Positions 45,910 to 55,973 are shown, counted from the stretch's first letter. The stretch is 57,190 nt of DNA from Methanosarcinales archaeon (GCA_030604085.1 JAUVWP010000001.1:1-57190), one strand, 5' to 3'. Numbers and translations: made by a program. Notes: generated by a model not told the origin, from the letters alone.

Positions 45910-46195
45910 CCCCAAACTGCGCAAACCACCGTTCCTCGGGGGAGAGTGTCCTCTCAACCTCTTCCTTTCCAAACGAGTACTCGTAGTTGTTGCAGTAATC
46001 CAGTATTACCTGATATGCTTCGATTATCTTCTGCGTCATCTCCTTGCATTTTTGCTGATCCTCTCCGCACCGATCAGGATGCCATTTTATCACCAACACT
46101 CTGTACGATCTTTTTATGGTTTCCATCGTTGCCTTTTCAGAAAGACCGATGATCTCTGCCGCATTCCTTATTTCATCATATCTGGTGGTGCCCAT
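45869..46195 (-). CDS. Small J-domain (DnaJ-like) protein
   Basis: EIIGLSEKATMETIKRSYRVLVIKWHPDRCGEDQQKCKEMTQKIIEAYQVI carries the HPD motif and the J-domain helix pattern. There is no Gly/Phe or zinc-finger region. Confidence 0.7.
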   Translation of the reverse strand: MGTTRYDEIRNAAEIIGLSEKATMETIKRSYRVLVIKWHPDRCGEDQQKCKEMTQKIIEAYQVILDYCNNYEYSFGKEEVERTLSPEERWFAQFGDDPLWGSGKRAGN

Positions 46196-46580
46196 GAACC
46201 AAGAATTCAACATCAGCCAACATAACGTTTTGGACGCTGTTTGTGACGACACTTTTCAATTCCTTCTGGTTGTATTGATTTACCGCCGAGAGCGCAAGAG
46301 TTTGCCGGGACGAAGCAACCCCAACTCCCTTCGTATACGGCGTGATTCGTGGGGTAAAAAAGTCAAGTTCACCCGCCTCCCAAAACCTGAAGTGCTGCCG
46401 AGAATCATGGTGACCGGAAAATAATAAAAACCCCTGACTCAAGAACCGCATCATTAATATACTACGAGTTCCTATAGTGATTATGGAATTCGGGATAGAT
46501 TCAGATATTGCATTCTTGCAACCATCCATCCCCTCAAAGATATCTGTTCCGAATTCCCAAACTATTCTAAGAGTAACGAG

Positions 46581-47258
46581 ATGCGTCCGTATGTATTTAT
46601 AAATGCTGCTATGAGCGCTGATGGAAAGATTTCGGCATATACCCGAAAGCAGATACCAATTTCAGGAGAAGATGACTTCCAGCGTGTTGACGGACTGAAA
46701 TACGGGGTGGACGCCATTATGGTCGGGATAGGTACGGTTCTCTCGGATGATCCGAGTTTGACGGTCAAATCAGAAGAACGGAGGAGAGAACGGCTGGATC
46801 GGGAGAAGGATAAAAACCCTATCCGGATCGTTGTCGACAGTCTCGCACGCACGCCTGTGGATGCCGATATTCTCATGAAAGGGGCTGGCAGGCGGATCAT
46901 ACTGGTCTCCGGATCCGCACCGGGCGTGCGTCTTGCCAGGCTGCGTGAGGCAGGCGCTGAGATCGTTGTTGCGGGTGAGCATCGGGTCGATCTTGCATCC
47001 GCACTTGGGCAACTGTACGAGATGGGTGTGCGTAGACTGATGGTGGAGGGTGGCGGCACACTGAACTGGAGCCTTCTCAGCCAGGGGCTGGTGGATAAGG
47101 TCTATGTCTACGTCGGGAACATGATTCTCGGCGGGGAATCGTCGCCAACGCTTGCCGACGGTACCGGGTTTTCTAACATTGGTGGTGCGTGCCAGCTCGA
47201 ATTGATATCGCTTGAACAGATGGATAAGGGGTTTGTTGTAGAATGGCAGGTAAAATAG
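46581..47258 (+). CDS. 2,5-diamino-6-(ribosylamino)-4(3H)-pyrimidinone 5'-phosphate reductase (archaeal RibD C-terminal-domain type)
   Basis: MRPYVFINAAMSADGKIS...DFQRVDGLKYGVDAIMVGIGTVLSDDPSLTVK...LMVEGGGTLNWSLL. Confidence 0.82.
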   Translation: MRPYVFINAAMSADGKISAYTRKQIPISGEDDFQRVDGLKYGVDAIMVGIGTVLSDDPSLTVKSEERRRERLDREKDKNPIRIVVDSLARTPVDADILMKGAGRRIILVSGSAPGVRLARLREAGAEIVVAGEHRVDLASALGQLYEMGVRRLMVEGGGTLNWSLLSQGLVDKVYVYVGNMILGGESSPTLADGTGFSNIGGACQLELISLEQMDKGFVVEWQVK

Positions 47259-47902
47259 AAGCAATTGTATGTGATTACGACCGAACATTGACGGATGAGT
47301 CATTGGTTCTCTCTGAAAATGCGGTAACCAGTCTGAAAAGCGCAAGGAAGAATGGGATAAAGGTATTCATTGCATCCGGGAGAAGACTTCCGTTCCTGAT
47401 GGATGTTAATGAGAGGCACAACTTTGTGGATGGCATCATCGCGGAGAACGGTGCTGTCATCTATGATCCGGCAGACGGTGCAAAGATCTTGCTCGGCGAA
47501 GGGCTGGAAGAACTGAAATCCGCATTTGCGGGAGTGGATTTTGTCGAGGTTGAGGAGGTGATCGTTGCAACCACGCTTCCGTATCTTAAAGATGCAAAGG
47601 AGATCATCAGAAGAAACGGCCTGTCCGTCGATATCGAGCTTAACCGGGACGATGTGATGATAATGCCGAAAGGCGTTGACAAGGGCAGCGGGATTGCGAA
47701 GGCAGCCGAGATATACGGGATTAACCGGGAGAACCTCGCATGTATCGGGGATGCCGAGAACGATCTCAAGATATTTGGAGTCGCCGGCGTCAAGGTGGCG
47801 GTTGCGAATGCTGTTGACGTGCTAAAGGGCGAGGCAGACATTGTGTGCAGTGAACCGTATGGGGACGGCGTAAAGGAGTTCGTGCGGAGTCTGGCTACGT
47901 AA
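47243..47902 (+). CDS. HAD-superfamily (IIB, Cof/SPP-like) phosphatase
   Basis: The DxDxT motif is VCDYDRTLTD. Also seen: IASGR and the C-terminal GDAENDLKIF. Confidence 0.78.
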   Translation: MAGKIEAIVCDYDRTLTDESLVLSENAVTSLKSARKNGIKVFIASGRRLPFLMDVNERHNFVDGIIAENGAVIYDPADGAKILLGEGLEELKSAFAGVDFVEVEEVIVATTLPYLKDAKEIIRRNGLSVDIELNRDDVMIMPKGVDKGSGIAKAAEIYGINRENLACIGDAENDLKIFGVAGVKVAVANAVDVLKGEADIVCSEPYGDGVKEFVRSLAT

Positions 47903-47931
47903 TATTAATAGCATCGCAGACACCAGTCACC

Positions 47932-48315
47932 ATGATGGCTGAGATAACAGACCGGGACACTGCCCTCTTTGAGTCGGGAATCAAACTTGGTGCCCTGTAT
48001 CACCAGTTCGTTGGCTCTCCAGTCAATTTAAGCACGGCAAGCAGCTTGGAAGCGGCGATCAGGGATAGTATATCATTGCAGCCGTGTGTGCAGTCGATAA
48101 CAGTCGCAATCGACCGTGAAATGATCAGGGAACGCATAAATGATTTCGGATACTGCGAACTCGAGGGCAGGATGCTTGGCGTAGAAGCGGTCATTAGATC
48201 TGGCACTGCGGTTGTGCACGTCGGCATGAGATACGATGTAGAGATGGATTATCCGATGATGTTTGTGCAGCAGATTGAGCAAATTGAGCCGATCAAGCGG
48301 ATCGAGGTGGGCTGA
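47932..48315 (+). CDS. mptD: Archaeal dihydroneopterin aldolase MptD-like protein
   Basis: 127 aa. FESGIKLGALYHQFVGSPV resembles the MptD (MJ0408-type) family as I recall it. Its stop overlaps the next ATG as TGATG. Confidence 0.5.
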   Translation: MMAEITDRDTALFESGIKLGALYHQFVGSPVNLSTASSLEAAIRDSISLQPCVQSITVAIDREMIRERINDFGYCELEGRMLGVEAVIRSGTAVVHVGMRYDVEMDYPMMFVQQIEQIEPIKRIEVG

Positions 48316-49460
48316 TGGTCTGCACTGGCTGTGCGCTTCTCTGCGATGATGTTGAGATCGGAGAGAGCGATTGCAGACACGCATGCCGGATCGGGGATGC
48401 TCACATCACAAGCACCACGCAGATCGAAGCGATGGTGGATCAGAGTCCAGTGGATATGGATACTGCGATCAAGAGTGCCGCCGAGATTCTTGTGTCCGCA
48501 GAAAAGCCAGTCTTCGCAGGATTTGGGAATTCAGTCACAGAAGCGCAAGCGATCGGCATCGAACTTGCAGAGAAGGTGGGTGCAGAGATTAAAACGTTTC
48601 ACACAGGTATTTTTGATGATATCCTCGACGGAAGGGTTAAAACCTGCACGCTTCCGGAGATGCGGGATTACGCAGACGTTATCATCTTTTTAGGGTGCGA
48701 TCCCATGAATACGCATCCGCGACTGCTGTCAAAGTACGCATACTACCCACGCGGCGAGAAACGGCAGCACGGCTGGGAGACGGACCGGACCGCAATCACG
48801 ATCGATCTCCGCTTCTCGCACACCGCAAGCATCTGCAAGGAGGCATATACGATCGATCCGAATCGCCAGATCGAGTTTAGGGACGCACTGATGGATGCGC
48901 TTTCCAATAAAGTTCCAAAGACTACGTACGACAAGAAACGGATACTGAAACTTGCAGGCACGCTTAAGAAAGCCGAGTTCGGCGTCATTTTTGCCGGCAC
49001 GTCAGCACCGCCGCGAGATGCGATTGTCCGGTTGATGGACCGGCTGAACGAATCTTCCGATTTCCGCCTTCTTCCGCTGGCGCCCGGATACAACCTTCGC
49101 TCAATTGCGGAGCAGTTGCGCAATCGTCCGGACGATGATGACGACGGTGTTGGTAGTGGCGACAGTGGCAATAACGGCGGCAGGGATCTCCGCGAAGCAG
49201 ACTGCATCCTCTGTCTCGGATTCGATCTCATGAACTCGCTTCCGGCGCACGGCATCAACGGGAAGATGATCGTGATCGATCCGAATGAGACCCTGACATC
49301 GAGGTACGCTGATGTCGCAATCCCGTGCGCGGCAGGCGGCATAGATTGCGCGGGCAGTGCGGTGCGCATGGACGGCGAGACGGTAGAGATTCCGCGGATC
49401 CGCGAGAGCGAGCGTCTGTCTGACGGTGCGATCCTGAAACGGCTGCTTGAGGTGGTATGA
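48315..49460 (+). CDS. fwdB: Formylmethanofuran dehydrogenase subunit B-like protein (short form)
   Basis: The N-terminal Fe-S motif MVCTGCALLCDDVEI...CRHACRIG is followed by a molybdopterin-oxidoreductase-like region (...CTLPEMRDYADVIIFLGCDPMNTHPRL...). It is 381 aa and carries an Asp/Gly-rich insert RPDDDDDGVGSGDSGNNGG. Confidence 0.65.
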   Translation: MVCTGCALLCDDVEIGESDCRHACRIGDAHITSTTQIEAMVDQSPVDMDTAIKSAAEILVSAEKPVFAGFGNSVTEAQAIGIELAEKVGAEIKTFHTGIFDDILDGRVKTCTLPEMRDYADVIIFLGCDPMNTHPRLLSKYAYYPRGEKRQHGWETDRTAITIDLRFSHTASICKEAYTIDPNRQIEFRDALMDALSNKVPKTTYDKKRILKLAGTLKKAEFGVIFAGTSAPPRDAIVRLMDRLNESSDFRLLPLAPGYNLRSIAEQLRNRPDDDDDGVGSGDSGNNGGRDLREADCILCLGFDLMNSLPAHGINGKMIVIDPNETLTSRYADVAIPCAAGGIDCAGSAVRMDGETVEIPRIRESERLSDGAILKRLLEVV

Positions 49461-49864
49461 TGAAGATGGAGTTTGGCGAGTTTCTTGCGGCGCCTGAGTG
49501 TGGTGTCGTGATCATTACATATCCTGACATCTTCCGGACAGAGGCGGGGCTTAAGCACGGGAAATTTAGCAGGGAGTATCAGGAGCTATCAGCGGTGATC
49601 GTGCTTGACTCGGGGGATATGGCGAAGATCGAGGTCAAGGACGGTGATCTTGTGGAGATTAAGAGCGAGGCGGGTGCTGTCGTCGTCAGAGCGAAGGAGT
49701 CTGAAAAAGAGCATCCCGGGATCGGGTATATGCCTGAAGGTGCGTGGGCGAATGTTCTCGGGGCAAGTCCGGTAACGGCTCCGCCGTCGATGCTTGCATT
49801 ATCCGCGAAGATCAGGAGGTCGCGGCAGGAGATACCAGCGATCGAGGAAGTGTATCGCAGGTGA
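49457..49864 (+). CDS. fwdD: Formylmethanofuran dehydrogenase subunit D-like (molybdopterin dinucleotide-binding beta-barrel)
   Basis: VIITYPDIFRTEAG...AVIVLDSGDMAKIEVKDGDLVEIKSEAGAVVVRAKESEKEHPGIGYMP. The gene overlaps the fwdB stop by 4 nt. Confidence 0.72.
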   Translation: MMKMEFGEFLAAPECGVVIITYPDIFRTEAGLKHGKFSREYQELSAVIVLDSGDMAKIEVKDGDLVEIKSEAGAVVVRAKESEKEHPGIGYMPEGAWANVLGASPVTAPPSMLALSAKIRRSRQEIPAIEEVYRR

Positions 49865-49976
49865 AGGGTCATTCGGACACGTCCAAAACCGTTATGTGAA
49901 ATTACACGCACCACGATAGTAGTAAGGATTAATAAAATCACTCTCCAAAATGATTTAAGAAAAAACGGTGCATCTG

Positions 49977-51206
49977 ATGGATTTTACGAAACATCTCGCA
50001 GATAAGACGATCGTGCTCGGCATAACAGGCAGCATCGCTGCTGTACGAACCATCGAACTGGCGCATGAACTGATCCGCCGAGGAGCTACGGTGCAGGCGG
50101 TGATGACCGAACCTGCGACGCGCATCATCCACCCGGACGCGATCGAATGCGCAACAGGGCGCGCTGCGATCACCGGGTGGACCGGCAGGGTTTCGTGGGT
50201 CGAGTACTGTGGTGGTGGCAATGGTGATTGCAGCGGAGGCAGTGTCAGAGCCACTGACCTGCTGCTGATTGCGCCGTGTACTGCAAGCACGATCGGGAAG
50301 ATTGCGCACGGCATCCCTGACACTCTCGTCTCGATATTTGCAACAACAGCAATCGGCGCAGGAGTTCCTGTCATCGTAGCGCCTGCCATGTACGATAGTA
50401 TGTATAATCCGATCGTACGCGGGAACATCGAGATCCTGCAGGATCAGGGCGTCACGATCGTGGGTCCCGTTATTGAGGAAGGGAAAGCAAAGATCGCTCC
50501 TAACGATGATATCGTGCGGTGGGCAGAGCGGGCGCTTGGCGGCTACGCGCTTTTCGGCATCCGGATACTGATCACTGGCGGGGCGACCGCAGAGCCGATC
50601 GATCCTGTGCGCATCATCACGAGCAGGGCATCGGGCAGGATGGGGGCTGCACTTGCTTACGAGGCGTTCCGGCGCGGGGCTGATGTGACGCTCGTGCACA
50701 GCGGGCGGATCGGGTTTTCTGGCATCCGGGAGATCTATGTAGAGACCGCAGAAGAGATGACAAATGCGGTTCTTGGCGAGCTTGGGACTGATGGTGGGTA
50801 CGATCTGCTGATCAGCGCTGCCGCGATCTCGGATTATACGCTCGATCTTGCCGCCGACAAGATCAGGTCGGGCAGCCAACTGACGCTTGACCTGCGCCCG
50901 ATACGGAAGTTGCTCGAAGAGGTTCGGGGTGCGTATCCCGATCTGGCGGTTGTCGGGTTCAAGCTGGAGACTACCGGGGGCGAAGCGTTGATCGAGCGTG
51001 CGAAGGAGGCGATGAACCGCTATGGGCTTTCGATGGTTGTTGCGAATACCGTTGAGAGCATGGGTGGCGGCGAGGGAGAGGTCTGGGTCATCACTGAGGG
51101 GGGGCGAAATGTCATTCATGCCAGCGGCACGAAAGACGCGATTGCGGCTGCGGTCTTTGATTCTGTCGAGCAGGTGATGGGCACGGCGGGCGATGAAATG
51201 TCATGA
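49977..51206 (+). CDS. coaBC: Bifunctional phosphopantothenoylcysteine decarboxylase / phosphopantothenate--cysteine ligase
   Basis: The flavoprotein N-domain shows IVLGITGSIAAVRTIELAHELIRRGATV and APAMYDSMY. The CoaB domain shows ILITGGATAEPIDPVRIITSRASGRMG and AAAISDY. Start ATG at 49977; a GTG at 49968 is also possible. Confidence 0.88.
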   Translation: MDFTKHLADKTIVLGITGSIAAVRTIELAHELIRRGATVQAVMTEPATRIIHPDAIECATGRAAITGWTGRVSWVEYCGGGNGDCSGGSVRATDLLLIAPCTASTIGKIAHGIPDTLVSIFATTAIGAGVPVIVAPAMYDSMYNPIVRGNIEILQDQGVTIVGPVIEEGKAKIAPNDDIVRWAERALGGYALFGIRILITGGATAEPIDPVRIITSRASGRMGAALAYEAFRRGADVTLVHSGRIGFSGIREIYVETAEEMTNAVLGELGTDGGYDLLISAAAISDYTLDLAADKIRSGSQLTLDLRPIRKLLEEVRGAYPDLAVVGFKLETTGGEALIERAKEAMNRYGLSMVVANTVESMGGGEGEVWVITEGGRNVIHASGTKDAIAAAVFDSVEQVMGTAGDEMS

Positions 51207-51485
51207 GTGTGCCGAGCAAAATTCGCTATCCAGCTGGTGAAAATCCAAGCCTCTATGAAAAGTTAGCCACCACCTCAGAACTAACTGTGAGGGGGCTCAT
51301 AGTAACCTCGGAGCCGAGAATACGACAGGAGGTGCAGTTATCGAGCTCTACTCGACATTACACGAAAGTGATTCGTGCGATTCGCCCAAACATGTGCATT
51401 CGTGTTTGATACAAGCACCAGAGCCAAGTCAACAGTCCTATAAGTGCAAGAAGGTTTATGTGATTATACTGCTCATGATTGCATT

Positions 51486-54011
51486 ATGATTAGAGGGCTG
51501 CATCTGCGCAGAGTTTGTGTTGTGGTCTTTGTGTACGCCTCATTGCTACTACTCATGAGCGGTGCATCGGCACTGGAGGCGAGAGCGGGCGATGATCAGA
51601 CTGTATCACCGGGTACCATGGTCGAGCTGGATGGTTCGGGCTCAACTGGCACCGGCACATTGACCTATAACTGGACCGAGGGCAGCACCGTACTAAGCGT
51701 CCAGGAATCCTTCAGTCACGAATTTTCGATAGGCACACACACAATCACGCTGACAGTATCAGACGGCACCAGCAACGACACCGATACCATAGTCGTGCGT
51801 GTGAACCAGCCCCCGGTTGCAGATGCAGGCGATGACCGGGTCATACTACCTGATACGTACATCAAACTCGACGCATCCGGATCCAGCGATCCTGACGGCA
51901 AAATCGAGTCTTACAAGTGGACCGAGGACGGGGTGGAACTCAGCACCAGGAGATCGTTTAACAAGATCTTTGATGCCGGAAGACATGAGATCACGCTCAG
52001 CGTGACCGATAACGATGGTGATACAGGAGAGGATACCCTCGAGATCCTGGTCAACTGCGCACCGATCGCAGACGCGGGACCTGACATGACCGTACCGGAA
52101 GGGACGCTTGTTCACTTCAACGCAACCAATTCCAGCGACCCTGACGGCAATACCCTGTACTATGAGTGGAAGGAGGATGGCGTCGGCATCCTCAATCTTG
52201 CGCAATCATTCGATATGGTTCTCCCGATCGGCACGCACAGCATCATGCTGACCTTGACCGATGGATACGGGGCAACTGCTACTGATAGGGTGGCAATCGA
52301 GGTCACCGCGGTGGACCAGAAGCCCCCGATAGCAGATGCGGGATCCGATCAGGCAGTGCTCATCGGAACCGCTGTCGTGCTGGATGCATCCGGCTCCACA
52401 GATCCGGACGGCGAGATCGTGAAATACGAATGGCTCGAGGACTCTGCCGTAATCAGCGAATCGATGGTCTTTGAGCATATATTCCCGAAAGGAGTGAATC
52501 ACATAACGCTCAGAGTGACCGATAACGATGGCGCATCAGGTACGGATGACGCCACGATCACGGCACGGTCGAGCATGGTCATGCCCGAGGCAGACGCTGG
52601 CGCGGACCGCGATGCACTCGAGGGAACAGAGATCATACTCGATGCATCCCGCTCAAGCGGGGAGAACCTGACCTACCAGTGGATTTTAAACGGCACCACC
52701 ATCTCAGAGGAGCGGATGTTCTACCATCTCTTCGATCCTGGCACGTACACAGTCACGCTCAGCGTGACCGATGAGTATGAATGCACCGCTACCGATGAGG
52801 TCAGTGTCGTGATCACCACACCCTCAGTGGGCGGGGGGACAAGTCGCATACCTGCGATGCCAGAGGTGTCCCAGACCCGCGGATTATGGTCATATCTTCT
52901 GGCGGCGATTGTTCTGATACTGGTGCTTGCAGGCATCGTCTTCATACGTCGGAGATCCGCCACCACCAGATCCACCGGAACCGCTTACGGATATAAATAC
53001 AAGGAGTATACGCCCCCTCCTGATAAGACTGGAAGCAAGTCCGGCAAACCGATCGTCAAACCCGATCCCAAACCTGCTACCAAAACCGCTACCAAACCCA
53101 ATGCCAGAATTGTACCGCCAGAACCGAAACCCGTGCCAGTGCAGCCAAAGGTCCTGATGAAGGTGAAGGTACTCGATTCCGCGTCGAGAATGCCGGTACC
53201 GGGCGCGGCGGTGCAGACCGGATCAGCCACTCAGAAGACCGACGCTCTAGGAGAAACGATGTTCACACTGGATCGTGGCGGGCAGCGCACGGTCAGCGTA
53301 AGCGGCATCCCGAACCTGTACGAGGGTAGAACTGCCTCTGTGGACGGGGATAATGCAACGATCCTGTTATCATCGACAGTCCGCCCTGATCAAGAACAGG
53401 ATGCAAGATTGCGCTCCGTCAGGGAGGCGTTTGAGAACCGGTATCGTGAGGTATCAGGTTATGATCGGTGCATTTCTAACTTTTACCGGAGTGTGGCACA
53501 GCGTTTGATCGAATATGTACGCGGGATGACGGCAATACATTTTATACGCGGGAAGGCGGGACCGAAAGAGGTGACTGATCAGATGATATCGGTCATCGAG
53601 TCTGTCTGCACGGAACTATCCGAGATCATGGTCTCCAAACGAAATATTGACCTGTACGCACGAAGCAGAGCGGGTAACGAGAACTCAGCTGGATGCAACG
53701 CAAGCCAGATCAGCTACGATCCGCTCTCAGACCTGATAGCGAGTCCGCCCGGATTCGTACCGGCAACCAGTCCGAAGGTGGAGCAGGCGCTCCTCGAGAT
53801 CGACAGGGAGATCACGTCGAGGACGCGGGATATGAGCGTACTCCCGATAACCGGGGTCTGGTCGATTGCAAAAAGTTTGCTTGCGGATCAGTCAGGAGAC
53901 GATCTCGAACATGCGATACGGATATTGATCGCAGATACTCTACTTATGTATGCAAAGGAGATGTATGAAAATCCTGAAATTGTGAAACGAATGAAACAGG
54001 GGATACTATGA
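51486..54011 (+). CDS. Type I membrane protein: signal peptide, 5 PKD-like domains, one TM, a Pro/Lys-rich linker, a beta-sandwich-like segment and an unrecognised helical C-terminal domain
   Basis: The ATG at 51486 opens MIRGLHLRRVCVVVFVYASLLLLMSGASALEA. Five repeats follow the pattern AD(A)G.D..V..GT.V.LD(A)SGS.DPDG.I..Y.W......(S)...F...F..G.H.ITL.VTD. The TM segment is LWSYLLAAIVLILVLAGIVFIRRR. The tail ends ...ITGVWSIAKSLLAD...EMYENPEIVKRMKQGIL. Confidence 0.8.
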   Translation: MIRGLHLRRVCVVVFVYASLLLLMSGASALEARAGDDQTVSPGTMVELDGSGSTGTGTLTYNWTEGSTVLSVQESFSHEFSIGTHTITLTVSDGTSNDTDTIVVRVNQPPVADAGDDRVILPDTYIKLDASGSSDPDGKIESYKWTEDGVELSTRRSFNKIFDAGRHEITLSVTDNDGDTGEDTLEILVNCAPIADAGPDMTVPEGTLVHFNATNSSDPDGNTLYYEWKEDGVGILNLAQSFDMVLPIGTHSIMLTLTDGYGATATDRVAIEVTAVDQKPPIADAGSDQAVLIGTAVVLDASGSTDPDGEIVKYEWLEDSAVISESMVFEHIFPKGVNHITLRVTDNDGASGTDDATITARSSMVMPEADAGADRDALEGTEIILDASRSSGENLTYQWILNGTTISEERMFYHLFDPGTYTVTLSVTDEYECTATDEVSVVITTPSVGGGTSRIPAMPEVSQTRGLWSYLLAAIVLILVLAGIVFIRRRSATTRSTGTAYGYKYKEYTPPPDKTGSKSGKPIVKPDPKPATKTATKPNARIVPPEPKPVPVQPKVLMKVKVLDSASRMPVPGAAVQTGSATQKTDALGETMFTLDRGGQRTVSVSGIPNLYEGRTASVDGDNATILLSSTVRPDQEQDARLRSVREAFENRYREVSGYDRCISNFYRSVAQRLIEYVRGMTAIHFIRGKAGPKEVTDQMISVIESVCTELSEIMVSKRNIDLYARSRAGNENSAGCNASQISYDPLSDLIASPPGFVPATSPKVEQALLEIDREITSRTRDMSVLPITGVWSIAKSLLADQSGDDLEHAIRILIADTLLMYAKEMYENPEIVKRMKQGIL

Positions 54012-55951
54012 AGATTATAACAATACTCGTCATCGCACTGATTGCCGCGCTCTGTATCGGGGGTATGAACACGGGTGGTGCGGCTGCTGCTCCTGACGAT
54101 CCTGATGACCCCGATGCGCCAGATGCGCCGAACAGACCACCTACCACCACACCTGCCACTTCACCGGCTGCTGCACCGGTTATCGCGCCGGATAGAGGGG
54201 GGGCCGATGCAAGCGGGACCGGGAGTATCGATGATGATACGGTCGTAGATGCCGCGAATGCAAACCGGGTACTGCTCGATTACTCGATCGATACCATCGC
54301 TGTGGTCTCGATGGGTGCGGAGAACTACTATGTCGTCAGTTACAAAAACGTCGTCTGCGGGAGGGGTATCGAGATATTCACAGACGATGGTGCGGTTGTG
54401 ACCGATGCATCGATCGTCGATGGCGTTCTTAAGGCGGCTGCATGGAGGGATGCAGCAATGAAACTCGATCCTGATGAGATCAGTGCCATCAAAGCCCTTG
54501 TGGGGTCGCCGCAGGTGATTGAAAAAACCCGCATCAGCCTGATCACATCATGTGACTCGCTTGATGTGCTGAGCAATGATATCGCAAGTTCGGATGTTGC
54601 GGATTATGGGGTGCTTTCCACTTTTGGTGAGCGATTTTTAGAGGTGGACGGGAAGATGGTGGAGATGGTAAATGGAACCGGTTTTTTCTTAGGCGATCTG
54701 ACAGAGCATCAGAGAACGATCTCAGACATCGTAGACGAGGCGAACAGCACCAAGAAATCACTATACAAGGATTGGACGGGGAGAGACAACGCTAAAAATC
54801 GTGTTTTCGGGACGCTTGTACTGATCGTTATTATATTAATGGCTGCAACCTCGCTGATACTTATGAAATCGAAGGATAAGGAACTATCTATTAAAAAACG
54901 TGCACACAAACTCTTCGAAAGGAAAAAAGAGAATATCATCGATCAATTGCACAGCCGCGATGCTGACGAGCGTGCCAGATCCGCTCTGATGGCTGGCGCG
55001 TCCGCAGAGGTTGATGAAACCATTATTCCGCATCTGATCGTGCTCCTCGACGACGCCGATGATCGCGTTCGCGCCAATGCCGCGCAGTCGATCAGGCGCA
55101 TCGGACAGAAGAACAGCAACCTTGTGCAGTTCGCAAAAGAGCCGCTCAAACGCCATCTCGACGATCCGAGCGATAAGGTGCGAGATGCCATGACGCAGGC
55201 GTATCAGGTGGTCTGGGGCGAGACTGTAGATGCGGTGGAAATGGCAGGGAACGTGGAGGCGGTAGAGGCGACAGAAGTGGCAAAGGAGCCAGGGGCTGTC
55301 GAATCTGCTGTTGTAACGGCGGAGGAGCCGGAAGAAGAGATTGCGAAAGCCGCGCTTACCGATGCACAGCAACGACGCCTCCATGAACTGAAACATCGGG
55401 TAAACCAATCGATAAGCAACCTCCCGGTAGGATGTGATCTCTGCATCCCGCACTATCTCCTGAGCATCTGCACCACAGTTGCCGATATGGTCGGGCACGC
55501 AAAGGGTGCGGACAGCGAGATGATCGATGAGATGATCGATGCCAGCGAGATGACCTGTAAATATATTGCGGATTTGATAGAGAATAGCAGATTTATTGAC
55601 ATCTGCATCTCAAAGAACATGGGCGCGTTCGACGATACCGGGTTTGTAGCAGGAGCCCGGGAATATTCGGACAAATTGGATGCCCTGATCAGCGATCCGC
55701 TGGGGTTTGCAGATTCACTGAATATGGAAGAGGAACTGTGGGCGGTGGATAGCGCGATCACAGGGAAGATGGGCGAACTGATGATCATACCGATATCCGG
55801 GCTGTGGAAGGTGTCAAAAAGTGTTTTCGATGATGCATCCGACGAATCAGGGACCAAACGCGCATTCATGGTCATGATATCACTGGTCATCCTTGGAAGA
55901 ATACGCGAGATGATGGAGAATCCCGAGATCGTCAGAAGGTTGCGGTTGTAA
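54008..55951 (+). CDS. Single-pass membrane protein: Pro/Asp/Thr-rich N-terminal stalk, unknown ectodomain, one TM, HEAT-like repeats and the same C-terminal domain as the upstream gene
   Basis: The ATG overlaps the upstream stop as ATGA. The signal or TM segment is MKIITILVIALIAALCIGG. The second TM is VFGTLVLIVIILMAATSLILM. The HEAT_PBS-like segment is LLDDADDRVRANAAQSIRRIGQ ... LDDPSDKVRDAM. The tail ends ...ISGLWKVSKSVFDD...EMMENPEIVRRLRL. Confidence 0.8.
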   Translation: MKIITILVIALIAALCIGGMNTGGAAAAPDDPDDPDAPDAPNRPPTTTPATSPAAAPVIAPDRGGADASGTGSIDDDTVVDAANANRVLLDYSIDTIAVVSMGAENYYVVSYKNVVCGRGIEIFTDDGAVVTDASIVDGVLKAAAWRDAAMKLDPDEISAIKALVGSPQVIEKTRISLITSCDSLDVLSNDIASSDVADYGVLSTFGERFLEVDGKMVEMVNGTGFFLGDLTEHQRTISDIVDEANSTKKSLYKDWTGRDNAKNRVFGTLVLIVIILMAATSLILMKSKDKELSIKKRAHKLFERKKENIIDQLHSRDADERARSALMAGASAEVDETIIPHLIVLLDDADDRVRANAAQSIRRIGQKNSNLVQFAKEPLKRHLDDPSDKVRDAMTQAYQVVWGETVDAVEMAGNVEAVEATEVAKEPGAVESAVVTAEEPEEEIAKAALTDAQQRRLHELKHRVNQSISNLPVGCDLCIPHYLLSICTTVADMVGHAKGADSEMIDEMIDASEMTCKYIADLIENSRFIDICISKNMGAFDDTGFVAGAREYSDKLDALISDPLGFADSLNMEEELWAVDSAITGKMGELMIIPISGLWKVSKSVFDDASDESGTKRAFMVMISLVILGRIREMMENPEIVRRLRL

Positions 55952-55973
55952 ACGAGATAAAATAGGTGCTGAC

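Noticed and set aside
46176-46529. 117-aa minus-strand ORF upstream of the J-domain gene (overlapping it by 20 nt).
   Set aside because: I recognise no motif and there is no SD. An AT-rich box sits immediately against its internal ATG pair rather than ~25 nt upstream. It could be real as the first gene of the J-domain/methyltransferase operon, but I cannot support it from sequence alone.
48315-49460. Selenocysteine (UGA) recoding in the FwdB-like gene.
   Set aside because: The ORF is uninterrupted from the CxxCxxxC N-terminus to the normal C-terminus. There is no in-frame TGA and no adjacent same-frame ORF pair.
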